A stretch of 64,000 nt of DNA from an uncultured delta proteobacterium. Lineage in GTDB: Bacteria > Desulfobacterota > Syntrophia > Syntrophales > UBA5619. The stretch spans positions 160,001 to 224,000 of the forward strand of contig CAWFOM010000008.1 of assembly GCA_963817385.1 (NCBI GenBank), in the 5' to 3' direction. How positions within the stretch are numbered: position 1 is the stretch's first letter; each line of letters starts with the position of its first letter. Positions 19,883-30,613 of this stretch are shown here, piece after piece. The notes beneath the pieces are model-generated. The model saw nothing but the letters and a program-made list of their open reading frames with translations, had not been told where the DNA came from and did not search any database. A program made the position numbers and the translations under genes.

Positions 19883-20170
19883 ATGAACATGATTTGTCAA
19901 ACCATCAAAAGCGGCATCGAGTGCGGCTTCATGACGAAGAAGGGTTGCGGATTCAACGGAGGCAGCTGCCTGTCCATCATCGATAAATGTGAAGGATGCG
20001 GCAAGATCATCGACTGTGCAACGGGAAAGTACTGCCGGGTTTATCCGGATCCGGCCGGAAAGTGGCGAACGGGGAAATGCCCGACGGCCACGCATATTAA
20101 AGTAGAGGTCAAGGAAACGACCCAGAAAGTCAATCCGCTGAAGGCTTCCAAGCGGGCCAGTAAGAAGTAG
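19883..20170 (+). CDS. PxxKW family cysteine-rich protein
   Basis: Cys-rich, YPDPAGKW motif, C-terminal KVNPLKASKR. Confidence 0.85.
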   Translation: MNMICQTIKSGIECGFMTKKGCGFNGGSCLSIIDKCEGCGKIIDCATGKYCRVYPDPAGKWRTGKCPTATHIKVEVKETTQKVNPLKASKRASKK

Positions 20171-20249
20171 CGCGCCTCTCGTCATCTCGCTTGTTTTCCC
20201 CTTGCTGCCGGCAAGGAGGGCAGACAGGACAGGCCTACCACACAAAAGC

Positions 20250-20292
20250 AAAAGGCCGATTCGAAACCGGAGGGTTTCCATCGGCCTTTTTT
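20250..20292. terminator. Bidirectional intrinsic terminator
   Basis: AAAAGGCCGAT...ATCGGCCTTTTTT between convergent genes. Confidence 0.75.
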
Positions 20293-20317
20293 CTTGATTG
20301 TGCTGTTGAGGCCTTGA

Positions 20318-20656
20318 CTACCTAAGGAGGTCTCTTATCTGCCGCAATCCCTTCTCTACTTCCGCGAGGATCTCTTCCCGCCCGTCTTTTGCAGGACATC
20401 CCTCCTCGCCCCGCATCTTCCGGAGCTGTTTCCTGGCTCCATTGATGGTAAAATTCTCTTTATACAGGAGTTTCCGAATCAGCAGGAGCTCCTCCACATC
20501 CCTGTACCGATAGAGTCGCTGATCAGATCTGGTGCGAATTGGCCTGACCGTTTTGAATTCCGATTCCCAGTAGCGGATCACGTAAGGCTGAACATGCAAC
20601 AATCTGCTGACTTCACCGATCCGGAAATAAGACTTATCGGGAATCGACCCATCCAT
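20318..20656 (-). CDS. MerR-family regulator (ihfA-associated)
   Basis: IPDKSYFRIGEVS..YVIRYWESEF. Confidence 0.92.
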   Translation of the reverse strand: MDGSIPDKSYFRIGEVSRLLHVQPYVIRYWESEFKTVRPIRTRSDQRLYRYRDVEELLLIRKLLYKENFTINGARKQLRKMRGEEGCPAKDGREEILAEVEKGLRQIRDLLR

Positions 20657-20728
20657 AATCAAATCCCAATATCATGCATGATGTCCTGAAGTCCCCGCAT
20701 CCGGCTTGTGATTCACCCACTTCCGAAA

Positions 20729-20845
20729 TTGAGGCCTTCCGCAGCAAGCTGCGGAGAATCTCCGCTCCGTAAGGAACAGACCATTCAGTTTTCACTCGCC
20801 TACCCCGCGGCTGGCCGCGATAAATGGGCTCGCGGCTGGATTCAA
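20729..20845. repeat. Degenerate REP/MITE-like element
   Basis: Hairpin CCGCAGCAAGCTGCGG and a decayed second copy ccgcggctggccgcg; interrupts the normally compact ihfA-merR junction. Confidence 0.5.
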
Positions 20846-20858
20846 TCCGGATGTCGGA

Positions 20859-21134
20859 TCAGTCGTTGAGCGCCTTGCGAAGAACCTGACTGGACTTGAA
20901 GGTCAGCACTCTTCGGGCAGAGATGGCGATCTCATCACCGGTCTGAGGATTTCTTCCCCGCCGGGATTTTTTCTCCTTGACGACGAAATTTCCGAACCCG
21001 GAAATCTTGATCTTCTCACCCTTCGTGAGGCTGTTTTTGATAATATCGAAGACCGACTCGACGATCCTCGCCGAATCTTTCTTCGAAAATCCCAGTTTTT
21101 CGTACACGTCCTGAATGATATCGATCTTTGTCAT
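20859..21134 (-). CDS. ihfA: Integration host factor alpha
   Basis: KISGFGNF, GRNPQTG; follows pheT. Confidence 0.95.
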   Translation of the reverse strand: MTKIDIIQDVYEKLGFSKKDSARIVESVFDIIKNSLTKGEKIKISGFGNFVVKEKKSRRGRNPQTGDEIAISARRVLTFKSSQVLRKALND

Positions 21135-21172
21135 TGCTTGCCTCCTCCTTTGATTCCCGATTGGTCTGTCCT

Positions 21173-23582
21173 TTATCTTATTGATGCCCCTGTCACATGA
21201 GTGATCTTCTGCACAATCCTCCCATGGACCTCATTTACCTCATCATCCGTCAATGTCCGATCTACCGAGCGATAGGAAAACCGCAATCCTAAGCTCTTCA
21301 TCCCTGCAGGGATATTTCGCCCTTCATATACATCAAAAATTTGAACTTTTTCAAGTAATTCTTCATGGGAATCAGCCGCCAGCCGGAGCATCTCTTCCGC
21401 CTCCCGATCACGACGGATCAGAAAGGCCACATCCCGTGAACTGGAGGGAAACCGGGGGATAGTGCGGAAGGGAATCTTCGCGGAAAAATGAGCCGCCAGG
21501 AGATCCAGATCCATCTCGCACACGACGATCTTTCCCGGCAGATCCAGGCGGGCCTGGAGATCCGGATGGATCTCCCCCAGAAAACCGACCATCTCGTTCC
21601 CACTGAAGACTCCACAGGATTTTCCCGGATGCAGGATGGTCTCGTGAATTCCGGACCGGAATGAGGGAGAGGGAATCCGGAGCACATCCAGCATGTTTTC
21701 GACACATCCCTTCAGATCATAGAAATCCGCCAGTAAATCCCGCGAATGCCATCGGTCTTCATAACGCAGACCGGTGATGAGACAGGCCATGCGGTTCTGT
21801 TCGAGGGGCTGCTTCCCTTCACCGCGCCGAATAAAGGTCCTGCCCACCTCGAAGATCTTGAGATCGAAACGGCCGCAATCCGCGTTTCTTTTAGCGTTGA
21901 GCAGAAGGCTGTAGGCCATCGTCGTCCGCATGACCGCCTGTTCTTCCGTCAGCGGATTTCTGATCATGACATGGCCGCGCCGCTCGTCCTTTTCTCCCAG
22001 GCCGAGCTGATCAACGGCTTCCGGAGAGATGAAGCTGTAGTTGATCACCTCCGTATAACCGGCGCCGGTCATGATTTTCCGGAGCCGCTCTTCGACCGTA
22101 CTCTTCTCCTGCGTTATCCCGGCGATCACCGACACGGCGGGAAGGGTCACCGGCACCCGGTCATACCCGTACAGCCGGGCGATCTCTTCGATGAGATCGA
22201 TCTCCCGTGCGATATCGACCCGGCAGGTCGGGGGGGTGACTGCGTATCGCCCTTTTCCGTCAGGCTCCACGGTCATCTCCAGGCTTTTCAGGACGCGAAC
22301 CATCTTCCTTTCGGGCACCGCTGTTCCGAGGATATCCCTCACCCGCTTGACGCGCAAGGGAATTCTCTGCGCTACCGGGACCGGTTGGGGATATTGATCG
22401 ATCACCCCCCTGCAGAGAGTCCCTCCGGAAAGCTCTGCCATAAGCCGTGCCGCCCGGTTGAGCGCGCGAACCACCCCTTCCGGATCGATCCCCCGTTCGA
22501 ACCGAAAGGCGGCGTCGGTCCCCATGGCCATCGCCCGCGAGGTTCTGCGGATGGATGCGGGGTTGAAATAGGCGCTTTCCAGGAGGACCGTCTCCGTATC
22601 CTCTTTGACCTCGGAATTGAGACCGCCCATGACCCCGCCGATGGCCACCGGCTTGACGCCGTCACAGATCATGAGCGTGTCGGGGGGAAGGGTCCGTTCC
22701 TTCCCGTCGAGTGAAACGAACCGCTCCTCCGCACGGGACCTCCGGACCACGATTCTCCCCTCCTCCAGGAAACGGAAATCAAAGGCATGCAGGGGCTGAC
22801 CAAGCTCCATCATCACGAAGTTGGTCACATCCACGATATTATTGATCGGGCGAAGTCCGCCCGCCTCCAGCCTCTGCCTGATCCAGAAGGGAGACGGTCC
22901 GATCCGGATATTTTTGATGATCCGCGCCGTGTACCGCGGGCAGAGATCCGGATCGAGGATGGAAACGGAGGTGATCCCCGTAATGTCCTCGTCGGTCTCG
23001 ATCACTTCGACGGGCGGGTAGCGCAGCTCCTTCCCCGCGATGGCCGCCCATTCACGGGCCACGCCGACGACGGAAAGACAATCGGAGCGGTTCGGCGTCA
23101 CGCCGATATCGAAAACCGTATCCCGCAGGTTGAGGACATCCGCCAGCTCTTTTCCCAACGGAAGGCCGGACGGGAGGATCATGATCCCCGAGGCGTCATC
23201 ACCGATCCCGAGTTCCTCCTCGGAACAGAGCATTCCCTCCGAGGCCTCGCCCCTGATTCGCGAACTCCGGATGAGAAGATCGCCCGGCAGCGTCGCTCCG
23301 ACGAGCGCCAGGGGGACACAATCACCGATGCGGATGTTTTGGGCGCCGCAGACGACCGGATAGACCGCATCTCCCGTGGTGAGCTCGCAGAGCGACAAGT
23401 TTATCGGCATTGGGATGGGGTTTCAGGGAGAGGATCTTTGCCACCACGACCCCGCTGAAGGCCGGCCCCGTTTCTTTCACGGAATCCACTTCCAGCCCCG
23501 CCATGGTCAGCCGTTCGGCGAGCTCCGCCGGCGAGACATCAACATCCACGTAATCTCTGAGCCATTTCAGACTGACTAGCAT
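21173..23582 (-). CDS. pheT: Phenylalanine-tRNA ligase beta; frameshift near 23399
   Basis: N-terminus MLVSLKWLRDYV..HPNADKL in ORF 23322..23582, remainder (TPNRSDCLS, RFERG, DLIEEIAR) in 21173..23410. Confidence 0.96.
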
Positions 23583-23668
23583 AAGGATTTTCTCTTGGAC
23601 AGGTTACCGGGCAGCGACGCGGGTTCAGGGTAAGGCCTGCCCCGTTTCATCCCCGGTTCCCGGATCGG

Positions 23669-24685
23669 TCAAAACTGTTCCAGAAATCTCAGATCGTTCT
23701 CAAAAAAAAGACGGATATCCGTAATCCCGAACTTGAGCATGGCAATCCTCTCCAGGCCGAGGCCGAAGGCAAAACCGGTGACCTCTTCCGGATCATAACC
23801 GACATTCTTGAACACCTCGGGGTCCACCATTCCCGAACCGAGGATCTCCAGCCAACCGCTCTGCCCGCAGACCCGGCATCCCTGGCCGCGGCATATGACG
23901 CACTGGATATCGACCTCCGCACTCGGTTCCGTAAAGGGGAAAAAGCTGGGACGGAACCGAAGCGCCGTCTCCTCACCGAACACCTGCTTGAGGAAAACGG
24001 TCAGGACCCCCTTCAGGTCACCGAAGGTGATGCCCCTGTCTACGAGGAGGCCTTCTATCTGATGAAACATGGGGGTATGGGAGATGTCCGAATCCCGTCG
24101 ATAGACGCGGCCCGGAGAGAGGATTCTCACCGGCGGTTTCGTCTTTTCCATGATCCGGACCTGAACCGGCGAGGTATGGGTGCGCAGGACGATGTTATCC
24201 TCGACGTAGAAGGTGTCCTGCATGTCCCGCGCAGGATGCTCTTTGGGAATGTTCAGCGCTTCAAAGTTATAGTAATCCAGCTCGACTTCCGGCCCTTCCA
24301 CTACGGAAAATCCGAGACCGGCGAAGATTCGGCAGATCTCTTCCCGCACCTGGGTTACCGGATGGATGCGGCCGTAACGGACACCTCTGCCGGGCAGCGT
24401 GACATCAATGCGCTCCGAGAGGAGGGCTTCATCCCGTTTCGATGAGGCCATTCCTGCAAGAATCTGATCGATCCTGGCGGAGAGCCCTTCCTTGACTTCA
24501 TTGCAATCTTTGCCGAACTGGGGCCTCTCTTCGGGAGGCACATTGGCGATATTGCGCAGCAGTCCGGTCAGAAGGCCCTTCCGGCCGAGATACCGGGTAC
24601 GGATTGCCAGGAGTTCCTCTTCCGTTTCGACTTTCCGAAGCTCGGCCTCCGCCTGTTCTCGAAGCGCCTCCAGCTCTCCCGTCAT
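23669..24685 (-). CDS. pheS: Phenylalanine-tRNA ligase alpha
   Basis: [25 protein letters not shown]. Confidence 0.98.
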   Translation of the reverse strand: MTGELEALREQAEAELRKVETEEELLAIRTRYLGRKGLLTGLLRNIANVPPEERPQFGKDCNEVKEGLSARIDQILAGMASSKRDEALLSERIDVTLPGRGVRYGRIHPVTQVREEICRIFAGLGFSVVEGPEVELDYYNFEALNIPKEHPARDMQDTFYVEDNIVLRTHTSPVQVRIMEKTKPPVRILSPGRVYRRDSDISHTPMFHQIEGLLVDRGITFGDLKGVLTVFLKQVFGEETALRFRPSFFPFTEPSAEVDIQCVICRGQGCRVCGQSGWLEILGSGMVDPEVFKNVGYDPEEVTGFAFGLGLERIAMLKFGITDIRLFFENDLRFLEQF

Positions 24686-25041
24686 GCCGTCCGATCACCC
24701 TTTGCTATGGTCACAATTTCCGAAAATCCGCGGGGATCATGAATGGCGAGCTCGGAGAGGACCTTCCGGTCGATTTCAACACCGGCCTTGTGCATACCGC
24801 TGATCAGGCGGCTATAGGTGATGTCGTTCATGCGCGCGGCGGCACTGATACGAGTGATCCAGAGCTTCCGGAAATCCCTTTTCCTGACCTTTCTGTCCCG
24901 GTAGGCATAGGCCATCGCGTGGTTCACGGCCTCCGTGGCCGTTCTCAACAGCCGGCTCCGGGAAAGGAAAAATCCCTTTGCCGCTTTCAGGATCTTTCTT
25001 CTCTTCTTGTGAGCCGTCATGCTTCTCTTTACCCTCGGCAT
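24682..25041 (-). CDS. rplT: 50S ribosomal protein L20
   Basis: [20 protein letters not shown]. Confidence 0.98.
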   Translation of the reverse strand: MPRVKRSMTAHKKRRKILKAAKGFFLSRSRLLRTATEAVNHAMAYAYRDRKVRKRDFRKLWITRISAAARMNDITYSRLISGMHKAGVEIDRKVLSELAIHDPRGFSEIVTIAKGDRTA

Positions 25042-25097
25042 TGCTTTATCTCCTCATCTCGTTGAAATATCCAGATAACAAAATAACGTTCAGTCGG

Positions 25098-25295
25098 CTA
25101 CAGATACGGGATCAACTTTCTGATCGCCTTTTCATTCGTCTTGTCAAGAATGGCCGATCTTCTCAACTGTCTCTTGCTTTTTGTCGTTTTCGGCGTCAGG
25201 ATATGGCTCGTATTGGCCTTGTGTCTCTTGATTTTCCCCGTTCCTGTCACGGAAAATCGCTTTGCAGCACCCCTGTGGGTTTTGATTTTTGGCAT
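25098..25295 (-). CDS. rpmI: 50S ribosomal protein L35
   Basis: [14 protein letters not shown]. Confidence 0.98.
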   Translation of the reverse strand: MPKIKTHRGAAKRFSVTGTGKIKRHKANTSHILTPKTTKSKRQLRRSAILDKTNEKAIRKLIPYL

Positions 25296-25402
25296 TCCAT
25301 CACCTCTCTGTAAAGATACTGAACCGTCTGCCGGTTCAGGCATATAAACTTATTAACGGAGACGACCCATCATTCGGAACATTCGGCTTTCCGAATGCCC
25401 AC

Positions 25403-25912
25403 TCACTTCTTCGGCGAGAGGATCATGACCATGCTTCTCCCTTCCAGTTTCGGCTGCTGATCTATCACGCAGCCATCGGCAAGGGTGTTCTTGACATCCT
25501 CCATGATCTTCCTGCCAATCTCGGTATAGGCAATCTCTCGCCCCCGGAACATCATGGAGATCTTTACCTTGTTGTGCTGTTCAAGAAACTTTTTTACATG
25601 TTTGATCTTGACCTCCAGATCATGTTCCTCCGTTTTTGGTCGGAGACGGATCTCCTTGACCTGAATGACCGTCTGGCTCTTTTTGGAGACTTGAATCTTC
25701 TTGCTCTGCTGGTATCTGAATTTTCCATAATCCATGATCCTGCAGACAGGCGGCGCCGCGGTGGGGGAAACTTCCACCAGATCGAGACCCGCCTTGGCCG
25801 CTTCCGCCAAGGCATCCGTCAGAGAAAGAACCCCCAACTGCTCCCCATCCATATCGATCACTCGGACCGATGTAGCCCTGATCTCACGGTTGATCCTTAA
25901 ATCCTTAGCTAT
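25403..25912 (-). CDS. infC: Translation initiation factor IF-3, ATA start
   Basis: GGAGGT RBS then in-frame ATA GCT AAG GAT TTA AGG ATC AAC; LDLVEVSP, DYGKFRY, FRGRE. Confidence 0.95.
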   Translation of the reverse strand: MAKDLRINREIRATSVRVIDMDGEQLGVLSLTDALAEAAKAGLDLVEVSPTAAPPVCRIMDYGKFRYQQSKKIQVSKKSQTVIQVKEIRLRPKTEEHDLEVKIKHVKKFLEQHNKVKISMMFRGREIAYTEIGRKIMEDVKNTLADGCVIDQQPKLEGRSMVMILSPKK

Positions 25913-25941
25913 GGGTCACCTCCAAACACTTTTTTTTCAAA

Positions 25942-27860
25942 CTATTTGAACTGTGCACACTGTTCGCGGACAAGGGAAACGAATGCGTCCACGCCGATGG
26001 AACCGAGATTCTGTCCGTCCCGCTGCCGCGGAGAAACCTGGCCGGATGCCACTTCCCGATCACCGATCACCAGCATGAAGGGTGTTTTCTGCATCTGCGC
26101 CTCACGGATCTTGTAGCCCAGTTTTTCATTCCGGAAATCACCCTCTACCCGAATGCCCGCAGCGAGAAGACGACTCCGGACCTCCTCACCATAAGGGATA
26201 TGGTTATCCGTCACGGTCACCAAAACGGCCTGCACGGGCGACAGCCAGAGCGGAAACGCCCCCGCATGGTGCTCGATGAGCACACCCATGAACCGCTCAA
26301 TGGCGCCAAGGATCACCCTGTGGAGCATGACCGGACGGTGTTTCTCCCCATCCTCGCCGATATAACTCAGGTCAAACCGCTCCGGGAGGGTAAAATCGCA
26401 CTGGATGGTTGCACACTGCCACTTGCGCTTCAGCGCGTCTTTCAGCTTGAAATCGATCTTCGGTCCATAGAAGGCGCCATCGCCTTCGTTTACCTCATAG
26501 GTCATGCCGTTGTCCCGAAGAGCACCCTCCAGGGCACTGCGTGGCGAGCTCCCAGTCCTCATCCGAACCGATGGAATTCTCCGGACGGGTGGAGAGCTCC
26601 ACCTCGTATTCGAATCCGAAGATCCCCATGGCATAACCGACAAAATCGGCGATCGCCCGGATCTCGCTGTTGAGCTGTGCCGGCGTGCAGAGGATGTGGG
26701 CGTCATCCTGGGTGAACTGGCGAACCCGCATGAGGCCGTGCAGCACCCCCGCCTTTTCATGGCGGTGGACCGTTCCCAGTTCGAAATAGCGCAACGGCAG
26801 ATCGCGGTAGGAACGGATCTTTGCCTTGTAGATCAGCATGTGGGCAAGGCAGTTCATGGGTTTGATCCCATAGGTCTGTTCATCCACCTCGGTGAAATAC
26901 ATGTTTTCCCGGTAATGATCGAAGTGACCCGACCGCTTCCAGAGGTCGACCTTGAGGATCTGGGGTCCGATCACCAGATCATAGCCCCGCTTGAGGTGCT
27001 CTTTTCTCTCCCACTCCTCGATAAGGGTTCGCAGCAGGGTCCCTTTCGGATGAAAGATGACAAGACCGGGACCCGCCTCGTCGTTGAGCTGGAAGAGATC
27101 CAGTTCCTTGCCGAGACGGCGGTGGTCCCGCTTTTTCGCCTCCTCCAGAAGCCGCAGGTGTTCATCAAGCGCCTCCTGCGTCGCAAAGCCGGTCCCATAG
27201 ATGCGCTGGAGCATTTTGTTGCGTTCGTCACCGCGCCAGTAGGCGCCGGCCACATTGAGGAGCTTGAAGGCCCGGATCATCCCCGTCGACGGGACATGCG
27301 GCCCGCGGCAGAGATCGAGGTAGCCGTCCTGGGTATAGAGACTGACCGTCTTCACGTCCGCCGGCAGGTCATTGATGAGTTCTACCTTGTAGTGTTCACC
27401 CTTATTCCTGAAGAGATCCACGGCCTCTTCGCGGCTCACCTCCCTGCGTTCGAAGGGGTAATCCGCGGCGGCAATTTCCCGCATCCGGGATTCGATCCGT
27501 TCAAGATCCAGGAGCGTGAAGCTCTCGGCGTATTCAAAATCGTAATAAAAACCATCTTCAATGGAAGGTCCGATGGTAACCTGTACACCGGCGAAGGTAT
27601 CCTGTACCGCCTGTGCCATGACATGAGACATGCTGTGGCGGAGAATGGAAAGTCCCTCCGGTGAAGCGGCATCGATCAGCTCGATGGCGGCATCGCCGGC
27701 CAGGGAGTGGCTCAGGTCGACCGGCGTCCCGTTCACTTTCGCGGCAACCGCAGAGGCGAGCTTCTTCCCCCAAGCCGGCAAGTACCTCTTTTACCGTAAT
27801 TCCGAGCGGATAGAAAGACTCTTTTCCATCCGGCAGGATTATTTTTATCTGCTGCACCAT
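25942..27860 (-). CDS. thrS: Threonine-tRNA ligase; frameshifts near 27780 and 26540
   Basis: [26 protein letters not shown] spread over three overlapping ORFs. Confidence 0.96.
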
Positions 27861-27999
27861 ATACCGCTTCCTATGAAGAAAGGGCATCAGCACTATGCGA
27901 TGATGCCCTCATCAAGATCTGCCGCCCGCTACAGACGCCTTTCCGGATCCACCATACCCGACCGTTTCCTTCCCTTTCGGGAAGGCAGCGTTATGTGAA

Positions 28000-28074
28000 T
28001 GGTAGGCACGCAGGGATTTGAACCCTGGACATCCACCGCGTCAGGATGGCGCTCTCCCCCTGAGCTACGTGCCT
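28000..28074 (-). tRNA. tRNA-Val(GAC)
   Basis: AGGCACGTAGCTCAG...CTGACGC...GGTTCAAATCC...GTGCCTACCA cloverleaf with encoded CCA. Confidence 0.93.
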
Positions 28075-28142
28075 ATAGAAAATCCTCCCCCCGGAAAGGG
28101 TGATCTATCTAACAAGAAAATACAGTGATGTCAAGGCAAATA

Positions 28143-28688
28143 TCACTCTTTTCCTGCGCGATTGATGAGAGCCACACCCCTCGCCATGTAATTCAGACCG
28201 GAAATGATGGTAAAAAGGGCAGTTACCCAGTAGATGGCCAATAGCCACAATTCATTGAGGTTACCGGGGAGGCAGCGGGTGGAAAGGGCCATCAGCACAG
28301 TAACCAGTTGCAGGGCAGTGGTGACCCTGCTGACGAAAACCGGTCGGATCTGCACGGGAATCGACATCATGGAAAGCACGGAGATGCCGAGCAGGATGAT
28401 GAAGTCTCTGCTTATCACGATCACCGTCAGCCACCCCGGAATGATGTGCAGAACCGACAGCGTTATAAAGGAGCTTGCCAGAAGCGCCTTGTCGGCGATC
28501 GGATCCAGATAGGCTCCGAGTACGGTCTGCTGATGCAGGACCCTGGCAAGAAATCCATCGAGAGCATCGGAAATGCCCGCTACAAGAAACACGATCAGCG
28601 CTTTGATGAACGAACCTTGGATGAGAAGGATGACAATGATCGGTACCAGAATGATTCTCAGGAGCGTCAGAAGATTCGGGATATTCAT
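28143..28688 (-). CDS. CDP-alcohol phosphatidyltransferase (PgsA-like)
   Basis: IPNLLTLLR, DALDGFLAR..GAYLDPIADK. Confidence 0.92.
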   Translation of the reverse strand: MNIPNLLTLLRIILVPIIVILLIQGSFIKALIVFLVAGISDALDGFLARVLHQQTVLGAYLDPIADKALLASSFITLSVLHIIPGWLTVIVISRDFIILLGISVLSMMSIPVQIRPVFVSRVTTALQLVTVLMALSTRCLPGNLNELWLLAIYWVTALFTIISGLNYMARGVALINRAGKE

Positions 28689-28759
28689 GGTTCAGTTCTC
28701 ACCGGCATCAGATTTCGCGATCCTCTTCCTGTTCATGGTTATTCTCGCAAAAATCAGAG

Positions 28760-29348
28760 TCAGGAACCGATGGCATCAGGGCCGTCAGGCAATGTTTCCA
28801 GTGCCCGGTTTACGACCTCCTGAAGCGCCGGCTCATAAACCTGTGATGATTTCAATTCCAGTTGTTTGCGTGAGAAACCCCAATTACGGTGGACTACGCG
28901 GTGCTGAACATGCCAGAGGCTCTCTCCCGTTTTCGCGCTGAACAGCTCAAATTCAGCCTCCACCGCGGTGGCGGCATATAAGATACCGCGCCCCATCCCG
29001 CTTTCGTTCAGGATGGGGTACAAGACTGCGTCCACGTGGAGCATTTCTCCGATCACCTGCGGAGATACCTTCCCCCCGCCTCCGGGGGGAAGAGCGGACC
29101 AGCTTCTCATCGATCACTTTCACCGGGATTTTGGGATAGCCCTTGAAATAGAGTTCTTCGACGAGCTTGCTCCGCAGCATCTCTGCCGACTTCGGATCGG
29201 ACGAGCTGTTGATGATGGGCATCACGGCGATGAGCCGCATTCCCCGTTTACCGTAATCGGGCACGATCACATGCGGAATAGTTGCGGCACAGCCGGCAAG
29301 GAGAACAGCCGCCAGGAAAAACAATAACGGGTTGACTGCTTTCACCAT
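28760..29348 (-). CDS. Lipoprotein, DUF799/GNA1162-like; frameshift near 29100
   Basis: Lipobox LAGC, IAVMP..N; two overlapping ORFs join into one domain. Confidence 0.6.
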
Positions 29349-29364
29349 TATCTCGTATACCCCT

Positions 29365-30039
29365 TCACCTGAGATGGACTTCCAGGATCTGGTCATCCTG
29401 CATTTGAATTTCCACCGCCAGTTTATCCTGAAGCCGTTCGGCCATCGTCTGGGTCGTTGCTTCTGCCGCAATATCAAAACGGGCCAGACCCCATGATGCC
29501 TCGCGCAGAATGATCTCCCGGATCTCCGGTATCTTTTCCTTTACCACTCCTCGGCATCTGAGATAATCGCTGTACGTACGGATCCCCCGTATGGTCAGGG
29601 AAATTCTATTCACGGGCGGTTTAAGCTGTGTCTGCCCGATCAACCCGAGCCCCCGGAGATCGTTCCTGATGCTGTCCGCCAAGACAGTCACCCGAATCGC
29701 CACGGTGTAGAGATCAAATGCGGTCATCTCGGAAACAATGCGATATTCCTGAATGAATCCTTCGGCCCGGTCGGTGATCTGCTCCTTGAGCACCGCGGAT
29801 TTCCTTGCCGCTTCCTGTGGTGTGAGCCAACGGCCAGCCACCTGTTCAACCGCCTTCAGCAGGGCATCCCGAACGGCCTCATTCCTAGCCCGGGCGAGAT
29901 CACTACCGGTAATCCGAGCGCTTCCCTCTGTTTCCACAGTCTGGGTAGGCGTAACATCCTCGGCAAGAGAAACTATAGGAAAACCGATCATGATCGCGAA
30001 AAGAAAAAAAAAGACTGACGGCAGCGGAATACTCTTCAT
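29365..30039 (-). CDS. Exported protein with FlgT N-terminal-like domain
   Basis: Signal peptide; VETEGSA....ARNEAVRDALLKAVEQ. Confidence 0.6.
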   Translation of the reverse strand: MKSIPLPSVFFFLFAIMIGFPIVSLAEDVTPTQTVETEGSARITGSDLARARNEAVRDALLKAVEQVAGRWLTPQEAARKSAVLKEQITDRAEGFIQEYRIVSEMTAFDLYTVAIRVTVLADSIRNDLRGLGLIGQTQLKPPVNRISLTIRGIRTYSDYLRCRGVVKEKIPEIREIILREASWGLARFDIAAEATTQTMAERLQDKLAVEIQMQDDQILEVHLR

Positions 30040-30386
30040 ATACCCCTTTTCAGCTTTTCGATCTCCTCACGGATAATACGCTCGGCAACATCGGGAATGA
30101 CCTCCCGGGCAATCTTTTCCGCGATCTCCGCAGCCCGCTTCATGATTTCATCATGCAAACCTGCATCGACGAACGCCATCTTGGGTTTTTTCTCGACGAC
30201 ATCAACAAGATCATAGATCCGTTCGGGTCTTGGCTTCCCCTCCGGAAGACGCTCCGCCGGGGAAACAGACGAATCCTCCAGAACCTCCGCCAGGTCAAGA
30301 ATCCGATCTTCCGGTTTCAGCATGCGCCCCTCGATCATCATGACCCTGTTGCTGTCTTCCCCGGGCAACCCTTTCGTAACGGCCAT
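30036..30386 (-). CDS. Small acidic protein with RomR-C/PopZ-like C-terminal helix
   Basis: EKIAREVIPDVAERIIREEIEKLK; ggaggag RBS. Confidence 0.6.
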   Translation of the reverse strand: MAVTKGLPGEDSNRVMMIEGRMLKPEDRILDLAEVLEDSSVSPAERLPEGKPRPERIYDLVDVVEKKPKMAFVDAGLHDEIMKRAAEIAEKIAREVIPDVAERIIREEIEKLKRGI

Positions 30387-30567
30387 GTTCTCCTCCCTGC
30401 TTCATCCGGCCAAAACGACGCCTGTTGCGCTAAATTGCCGTATATCCGCTGGTTTTATATTTTTCCCCGACGTCAGTTATCACACCTCTGCCGACAGTTC
30501 AAGAAAATGATGTCCTCGTAACAGTCGGTACCGTGTCAATCACAAGCCTACCTCTGCGAGGGGGGGT

Positions 30568-30613
30568 AGGGATGAAGCGTAGCGCAGCTTAGGGACTTTT
30601 TTCGAATCCGTCA
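30568..30613. repeat. Truncated MITE-like end overlapping rsmI stop
   Basis: Minus strand TGACGGATTCGAAAAAAGTCC...CTGCGCTACGCTTCATCCCT resembles recalled MITE termini and the interior of the 53838 element. Confidence 0.35.

Noticed and set aside
21173..27860. pheT and thrS as true pseudogenes
   Set aside because: Essential genes with all motifs intact; single indels are better explained by sequencing error.
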